Assembly: GCA_965203805.1 (NCBI GenBank)
Contig: OZ241917.1
Coordinates: forward strand, 3,968,001 to 4,032,000
Length of the DNA: 64,000 nucleotides
From: Candidatus Latescibacterota bacterium
GTDB taxonomy: Bacteria > Latescibacterota > UBA2968 > GCA-2709665
Direction: 5' to 3'
Translations under genes and position numbers: made by a program
The notes under the pieces: model-generated
Database searches by the model: none
The model's input: the letters and a program-made list of their open reading frames with translations, nothing else
Told to the model about the DNA's origin: nothing
Shown here: one piece after another, positions 58,199 through 64,000 of the stretch
Position numbering within the stretch: position 1 is the stretch's first letter
Layout of the letters: the number at the start of each line of letters is the position of its first letter

Positions 58199-59041
58199 AT
58201 GTTACCCGATCTGCAGAACCGCGAGGACCGCCGCGGCATCGACATCGATCAGGTGGGCGTCTCCAACGTGCGCTTTCCCCTGACGCTACCCCTTCGCGCC
58301 GGAGGAGAATTCAATACAGTTGCGAATCTGTCAATGACGGTGAGTCTTCCGCATTATCTTAAGGGCACTCATATGTCCAGGTTCATGATCGCCCTTAACG
58401 AGCGCAACCATCAGTTCAGACCCGACACGGTTCACGTGGTGCTGGAGGCGCTTCTCGGGCTGCTTGATGCGGAAGAAGCCTTCATCGAGATGGAGTTTCC
58501 TATCTTCTTGACGCGCCGGGCTCCAGTGACCGGTAAACCGGGCATGATGGACTACAACTGTGTTTTCCGCGGCATGATGTCAAGAATCGGCACCTTCGAC
58601 AAGATCGTCGGGGTTAAGGTGAACGTGACGACACTCTGCCCATGCAGCAAGGAAATCAGCGAATACGGCGCCCACAACCAGCGCTCCGAAATCGCAATCG
58701 ATGTTCGTCCCGCTCGCGACGAGTTTATCTGGTTCGAAGACCTGATCGATATCGCAGAGAAGAACGCTTCGTGCAGACTCTATCCCGTCCTGAAGCGGCC
58801 GGACGAAAAGGCGGTGACCGAACGGGCGTATGACAATCCGCGATTTGTCGAAGATATGGTCAGGGAAATCGGGATGGACCTGTTTGAACTTCTCGATGCG
58901 GAAAGGCTCCTCTGGTTCGACATTGCCAGCCGAAATGACGAAAGCATACACAACCACGACGCCTTCGCCAGGATTGAACGCGGGGTACGCGGTCCTCTCC
59001 TGAGTCCAAGGGAAGGGGTTGAGGTCGCAACCACTTCGTAA
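58199..59041 (+). CDS. folE2: GTP cyclohydrolase IB (FolE2)
   Basis: PDLQ, IDQVGV, KGTHMSRF, TLCPCSKEIS, AHNQRS, LKRPDEK, NPRFVED, ESIHNHDA. Confidence 0.96.
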   Translation: MLPDLQNREDRRGIDIDQVGVSNVRFPLTLPLRAGGEFNTVANLSMTVSLPHYLKGTHMSRFMIALNERNHQFRPDTVHVVLEALLGLLDAEEAFIEMEFPIFLTRRAPVTGKPGMMDYNCVFRGMMSRIGTFDKIVGVKVNVTTLCPCSKEISEYGAHNQRSEIAIDVRPARDEFIWFEDLIDIAEKNASCRLYPVLKRPDEKAVTERAYDNPRFVEDMVREIGMDLFELLDAERLLWFDIASRNDESIHNHDAFARIERGVRGPLLSPREGVEVATTS

Positions 59042-59366
59042 CAGGACACTGGCCTCACGAAATGTATCTGCAAGGGTCCTGGCGATTGAATGCAGCCGGA
59101 ACGCAGTGTGACACGAATCTACTGGCGCTGCATTTGAGACTTCCCGCATTCCTTGACACTGCATGGGGGTTTGCGTAATTTTGACGATAGCGCGATCTGT
59201 ATTGTTTGCGCTGGTGGGTTGGGCTCCGAGTGTCCAATCCTGAAGTACGAGATTTGCATGCCTTTGGGCATCGCTTGGTCGTTCGCCATTGGCTTTAATT
59301 GCTATTGATGTTGGTGCTAAAAAAGGCGCATGTCGTATATTCCTCGCAACCGGAGGAGGCCGAAAG

Positions 59367-59591
59367 ATGAACAATCGCATTGTCATTGACCCTGCCATTC
59401 GTCATGGCAAACCGGTGATCAAGGGAACGAGAGTACCTGTGCATCGGGTAATCGGGAGTCTCGCGGGCGGGTCTGATCCCGGCGAGGTCTGTGAGGAATA
59501 TGCTATTTCAGACGAAGACCTGAGAGCGGCGCTTGCCTATGCCGAGGAGTTGATCGAGCACGAAGAGACACATTCTCTACCACGGTCCTGA
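59367..59591 (+). CDS. DUF433-family antitoxin
   Basis: RIVIDPAIRHGKPVIKGTRVPV..EEY..EDLRAALAYA; GGAGG RBS. Confidence 0.92.
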   Translation: MNNRIVIDPAIRHGKPVIKGTRVPVHRVIGSLAGGSDPGEVCEEYAISDEDLRAALAYAEELIEHEETHSLPRS

Positions 59592-59596
59592 TCGAC

Positions 59597-59959
59597 GTGC
59601 GATTTGTTGTTGACGCGGATCTTCCGCGATCTGTTTCTCAAGTGATTGCCGAGTACGGTCACGAAGCAGTGGATGTGCGTGATATTGGCATGATGAGCGC
59701 GAGCGATGACGAGATCGTCCAATACGCACGCAATGAGAGACTTTGCTTGTTGAGTGCCGATCTTGGGTTTGCCGACGTTCGCCGCTATCTTCCGTCGAAG
59801 TATCACGGCATCGTGGTCATGCGATTGCCTCGGCACGCGACGTCGTCATTCATTGAGCGCCTTTTATCTTCTTTCCTTGGTCAATTGGATACCTTCCCTG
59901 AACTTCGTGGGAAGTTAGCGATTGTAGATTCGGGGCGAGTACGGATTCGCGCCAGATAA
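59597..59959 (+). CDS. DUF5615 / VapC45-like PIN-domain toxin
   Basis: MRFVVDADLP, GHEAVDV, SDDEI..A, SADLGF, GIVVMR; follows the DUF433 gene. Confidence 0.88.
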   Translation: MRFVVDADLPRSVSQVIAEYGHEAVDVRDIGMMSASDDEIVQYARNERLCLLSADLGFADVRRYLPSKYHGIVVMRLPRHATSSFIERLLSSFLGQLDTFPELRGKLAIVDSGRVRIRAR

Positions 59960-60307
59960 GTCCATTCAAGCGATGTTCCTCGCCTACCTCAATTGCAAAC
60001 CCATGTTAAGCTGCTTACGCACATTGGATCTCGGAAACTTGATATTGGTGCGAAAAAATGGCGAAAACATCTATCCTGACTAATTCATGAAACTGGTCGG
60101 GACAGTGTTTTTGTAAGTAGAAAGTGTTCTGTAGAAGGGAAAGCATTAGAATGAGGTGTTGCTGACGCGATGATGAGTGATTTTTGGTGTGTCGGCAGCA
60201 TCGAGGGTTGTCGAGTTTGATAAGTTGTGGTTGGCAAGGACACACGGCTGCCTTGGTCTTACCTGTTGGCTATGGGAAAGGGATGGCGGGGCCTGCGTGA
60301 AACGGCG

Positions 60308-61690
60308 TTATGGAACTGCCTTTGCCAAATTGCATAGGATGGTGCCATAGAGGTGTTTCAAGGGAAATGAGGTTGGCAAATGGAGTTTGATTTTGGTTTT
60401 GAGTTCGGACACTCTTCCTGCGACTTTGAGGATGCGATTCTGAATGGTATTAAACTGCGCGTGCGTCCATTGTGTGGCGCGGAGTCCTTTTTCGGTAAGG
60501 GTCTGCATCAAGACATAAGCGGCACTATGCAGTAAGAGACGGAAGTGATTGGCTTGGAAGGTGTGGCAGGAGGTACGATCGGAATGGAGGAAGGTTTTGT
60601 GATTCTTGATGAAGTTTTCCATCCTGCCTGCCTGGCCGGCAGACAGGCCGCGCGTACAATAGACGTTTTTGTAGATGTATGAGGGCTGGCTACTTTTCAG
60701 GTTGGTGACGACAAAGCGTGTATTGGCTTGTCCGGACGCGGTGATTTCAGCTTTGTAGATGATGCGTCTTGGCAGGGCCCAGGTATCTGCCTGGTAAGCG
60801 AAACTGGTAAATAACTGCACGGGCTGACGGGTTTCCCGATACCGGGCCTTTGCCTGCTCGATCAACGCGTGTCCTCGTTGCGCAAGCCTGGCATTGCCCG
60901 TTTGTCCCAGCACGAAATACACCTCTTGCGCGTCGCAAAAGTCGTGGACCTCAGGACAGGAAAAGTGGCCATCGCCACGCAGAATGATACGCACGTCCGG
61001 CCATGCCTCACGAAGCATTTTCACCAGGCGCTTGAGAATGCTGACAATCTGTCTGCCGGACGCACGGGCACCCGGACGCAGCAGCGTCGTGATCAGTCTT
61101 CCTGTCTGGCCTTCATAAATGTGCAAGGGGCAGTAACAGCGTTCACCATAATAGCCATTGAACATCGCCAACTGTTGACAGCCGTGAACCTCGTCATCGG
61201 TGTCATCGATATCCAGAACAACCCCTTTGGGAGACCCATCGTAGGACGCGATAAATCCGTCCACAAGCGCCTCGGCAATACGATATAAGTCCCTGCGACG
61301 AATGCCGTTTTCCAATCGACTCATCGTGGGTTGGCTGGCCAACGGCGCCCCGGATATCGGCAACCGATCACAGGCCGCCTTGAACGCGGGGTCAAAGCGC
61401 AACAAATCGCAATCGTTCGCATCCTCATACGCGCACGCGATCTGAAACACACGCTGGCTGATCAGATCCGACATCGTATGATCCACATAACTGGGATGCC
61501 GACGGTCCGGTAACGCCTCGACGATACGAGACAGAATGCCGATCCTGGACTCCACCTCGCGAAGCAGCATCGACCCCATATCGCTGGTGAGCACACCGCC
61601 ATCGAAAACCGCTTCCACCTGCTTGCCAGAAACACTTGCGAAAGGAACTGACAGTTGACTATCTTGAGCTTCCACGGTAGTTTCCTCCAA
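60308..61690 (-). CDS. IS1380-family DDE transposase carrying a 7-aa in-frame insertion
   Basis: FDGGVLTSD, AYEDAND, LASQPTMSRLEN, LDIDDT, LRPG, RGDGHF, YCTRG[LSAGQAG]RMENFIK, ANHFRL. Confidence 0.95.
   Translation of the reverse strand: MEETTVEAQDSQLSVPFASVSGKQVEAVFDGGVLTSDMGSMLLREVESRIGILSRIVEALPDRRHPSYVDHTMSDLISQRVFQIACAYEDANDCDLLRFDPAFKAACDRLPISGAPLASQPTMSRLENGIRRRDLYRIAEALVDGFIASYDGSPKGVVLDIDDTDDEVHGCQQLAMFNGYYGERCYCPLHIYEGQTGRLITTLLRPGARASGRQIVSILKRLVKMLREAWPDVRIILRGDGHFSCPEVHDFCDAQEVYFVLGQTGNARLAQRGHALIEQAKARYRETRQPVQLFTSFAYQADTWALPRRIIYKAEITASGQANTRFVVTNLKSSQPSYIYKNVYCTRGLSAGQAGRMENFIKNHKTFLHSDRTSCHTFQANHFRLLLHSAAYVLMQTLTEKGLRATQWTHAQFNTIQNRILKVAGRVSELKTKIKLHLPTSFPLKHLYGTILCNLAKAVP
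60627..60647. mobile_element. 21-bp palindromic micro-element inside the transposase gene
   Basis: G|CCTGCCTG-gccgg-CAGACAGG|C; adds LSAGQAG to the protein. Confidence 0.75.
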
Positions 61691-62068
61691 GTTTATTGTT
61701 GTATGGTTATCTGCCTAACCATAATATAATACAATAACTTGGGTAAGGAAACTACCTTTTTTATGAATAATTGGGGCTATATCGAAAGAAATCCTTGAGG
61801 AAGTTCACAAGTTGGATGCGCCAAAACAGGAACGCGTGCTGGAATTCGCACGTTCGTTGGCGAATGAGCAACCGCCAGGTCTACCGGGGAAACACCTGCT
61901 AAGGTTTGCTGGAATAATCGACCGGGATGACCTGAGGGAAATAGCCCGCGCAATTGAAAATGGTTGCGAACGAGTGGGCCATAGTGAACGACATATGAGA
62001 TAGATCCCATAATTCTCACAAGTTCGCAAAACTGAAATACTCGTTTGTAGCATAGAAAGGAATCGCCT

Positions 62069-63364
62069 GTGGATCTGAGACGCCAGCCCCCGCGCCGCCC
62101 GTCAAACGCCTCCATTGCCGGTGTCGTCAACCTCGCGCGAATGGCGGACAAGGCCCGCGCGTACAACCGGCGGACGCTGGGCGAATTTCTGTACGGCGAC
62201 GATTCGGGCCTGGACAAGATCCTGCTGGATTTTCTGGGCGTCTCACACGACGGGTTTGCCGATGCAGCGGGACGATATGGCGACTCGGATCTGGGTCTAT
62301 GGATACGGGAGGCTTCCGATCGGACGGACGATGAAATCGATGCGTTCAACCGGCATCACCTCCAGCGCGAACCCGACGACGATGCCGGCAGACAGCGCCT
62401 TAGAGACCGGATCGAACAGTTCGCGCCCGGGCGCACGGATATCGTGACTGTATTCCAGTCCATCGAGCTGGACGACTGGGCGAACTTCCGGGAGATCGAT
62501 CTGGGGCAAAGGGCGCCGAGGTCACCCTACGTGCGGGACGTCGCTGGCGTCTTCGGCCTGGCCCGGATGGCGGATAAGGCCCGCGCGGACAAGGGCGGTC
62601 GGCTGGGCGAGTATATCTACAACTGCCCCATCGACCAGGCGATTACGGACGTTCTCGGATTTTCGGCGGAGGATTTCAAGGAAGCCGCGTACCTGAATCC
62701 GAATGACCTGGAACTCGGGGACTGGGTCCGGGAACATATCAGCGCACACTCCGGTGAGATTTCCGAATTCAACCATCGCATTTCCGGAAAGGGCCCGGAG
62801 AACATCAAGGAATGCGAGATCTTCAAGGCCGCGCTCGCGAACGCCGCTCCGGACCGTACCGACATTACCACGTGGTTCGACCTGCTCGACGTGGATGACG
62901 AGGCATCGTTCGGCGTTGTGGATCTGACGCGCCACCCCCCGAGAAGTCCTTATGACGCGTCCGTGGGCGGGTACTTCGGCCTGGCCCGGATGATCGACAA
63001 AGGCAGGGCGGCCATCCACGGGTTGCTGGGGGATTACAAGTACGCGGAAGCGTCCGGCCTGGACAGGATGGTCGCGGAATTCATCGGGTTTTCCATGGGC
63101 GACTTTACCGATGCCATCAGGGCGGGCCGCACCGACGAGGAGATATCCGCCTGGATCGACGAATACTATCGCAAATCCGGCGCAGAAATCGGCAATTTCA
63201 ATCGCAATGCAGGTACGATCGAACCCTGGAATGAGAAACGTCGGTCCTGGTTCCGGGGAATAATTGCGGATCTGGATCCGTCCCGCACGGATGTTACGAC
63301 CTATCTGGCCCTCATCGTACTGGACGATACCGTCAACTTTGCCCGCGTCAAGACGGGGGTTTGA
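62069..63364 (+). CDS. Protein with three tandem DUF5069-like domains
   Basis: Three units of DLxxxxPRxP..GxxxLARMxDKxRA...LG(E/D)xxY....D...RTD(I/V)xT....DD; AAGGA RBS; GTG start. Confidence 0.8.
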   Translation: MDLRRQPPRRPSNASIAGVVNLARMADKARAYNRRTLGEFLYGDDSGLDKILLDFLGVSHDGFADAAGRYGDSDLGLWIREASDRTDDEIDAFNRHHLQREPDDDAGRQRLRDRIEQFAPGRTDIVTVFQSIELDDWANFREIDLGQRAPRSPYVRDVAGVFGLARMADKARADKGGRLGEYIYNCPIDQAITDVLGFSAEDFKEAAYLNPNDLELGDWVREHISAHSGEISEFNHRISGKGPENIKECEIFKAALANAAPDRTDITTWFDLLDVDDEASFGVVDLTRHPPRSPYDASVGGYFGLARMIDKGRAAIHGLLGDYKYAEASGLDRMVAEFIGFSMGDFTDAIRAGRTDEEISAWIDEYYRKSGAEIGNFNRNAGTIEPWNEKRRSWFRGIIADLDPSRTDVTTYLALIVLDDTVNFARVKTGV

Positions 63365-63424
63365 ATCCGGACCATCCATGGACGTTCCGTTTTCTGAATG
63401 AAAAACGCGAGAAGGAGAATCAGT

Positions 63425-64000
63425 ATGCCCAACCAGGAAGTCGCGGTGGCCAGATTCACCCGAAAGGAATTCCGGGAAGCCCTGGACGCCGGAAAGTTCG
63501 GAACCGCCATCATTCCAACGGGGAGCAATGAACAGCACCTCGAGCACCTGGCCATGGAATACGATATCCGCGCGGCGACCTACGTGGCCACCGAAGCCGC
63601 CAGAAGGCTCTACCCAAATGTTGTCGTGAACGTCCCTATGGCGGTCGGCATCTCCGAACATCACATGATCCATAAGGGAACCGTCACCGCCAAACCCGGC
63701 AGCTGGCTGGCAGTACTCTTCGACGCGGTGGAGAGCCTGGTGCGCCACGGGATCAATAACGTGCTGATTCTCAACGGACACGGGGGCAACGAAGCCCCGA
63801 TGATGGGCATCCTCCGGCAGTGGCAACTGTTCTTTCAGCTCACCGCCCCGGAAGCCAATGTACAGTTTCATTCCTACTGGAACCTGAGCCGTGAAATTGC
63901 CGAGCAGCACTGTACGAGCCGGGTGCCCGGCCACGCGGGCGAATACGAAACCGCCATGGCGATGGTCATCTGCCCGGAGAACATCCGGCACGATGCCATG
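63425..64000 (+). CDS. Creatininase/creatinine amidohydrolase-family protein (3'-partial, not in the ORF track)
   Basis: GAAGGAG RBS; own translation gives IIPTGSNEQHLEHL..D, GISEHH, NGHGGN, HAGEYET. Confidence 0.88.
   Translation, partial: MPNQEVAVARFTRKEFREALDAGKFGTAIIPTGSNEQHLEHLAMEYDIRAATYVATEAARRLYPNVVVNVPMAVGISEHHMIHKGTVTAKPGSWLAVLFDAVESLVRHGINNVLILNGHGGNEAPMMGILRQWQLFFQLTAPEANVQFHSYWNLSREIAEQHCTSRVPGHAGEYETAMAMVICPENIRHDAM

Larger units (their letters stand above)
60075..61776 (-). mobile_element. Complete IS1380-family element (1702 bp)
   Basis: Imperfect terminal IRs CCTGACTAATTCAT (60075) and CCCCAATTATTCAT (61776, reverse); 4-bp target duplication CTAT at 60071-60074 and 61777-61780; lower GC than the flanks. 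Confidence 0.92.
60058..62003 (+). pseudogene. Small antitoxin-like gene interrupted by IS1380
   Basis: Removing the IS and one CTAT copy fuses ATG 60058 in frame to 61781-62003: MAKTSISKEILEEVHKLDAPKQERVLEFARSL..GLPGKHLLRFAG..AIENGCERV. Confidence 0.75.

Overview
A GC-rich bacterial window of about 50 CDSs. I saw no rRNA, tRNA or CRISPR array. The gene content (GWxTD, TPR, Kelch and WD40 proteins, a heparinase-like lyase, CGxDS-type lipoproteins) suggests a diderm such as Latescibacterota or Gemmatimonadota, possibly host-associated; this is inference. Main blocks in order: (1) two loci of secreted TPR-GWxTD proteins (3 and 2 paralogues, one frameshifted), each ending in a Kelch beta-propeller lipoprotein; (2) a minus-strand metal-starvation island between them (unannotated small ORF, AztABC-like ABC transporter, Cys-rich protein, Fur-family regulator, COG0523 GTPase, WD40 protein, TonB receptor, PepSY-TM protein) with non-canonical Fur-like boxes; (3) a four-gene Kelch lipoprotein array with hypervariable loops; (4) metabolic genes and recJ; (5) a PspA/DUF4178/DUF350/SpeE envelope-stress cluster split into two convergent halves; (6) heparinase II/III-like lyase, cutC, a P-loop protein and folE2; (7) a DUF433/PIN toxin-antitoxin pair and a complete IS1380 that interrupts a small antitoxin-like gene; (8) a triple-DUF5069 protein and a partial creatininase-family gene. 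Intergenic DNA carries several REP/MITE-like families. The two most striking observations are the recurring GWxTD-plus-Kelch secreted module and a tiny (21 or 33 bp) palindromic element, CCTGYCTG-loop-CAGGCAGG. This element sits at G^C sites inside other repeats and in frame inside the catalytic motif of the IS1380 transposase.
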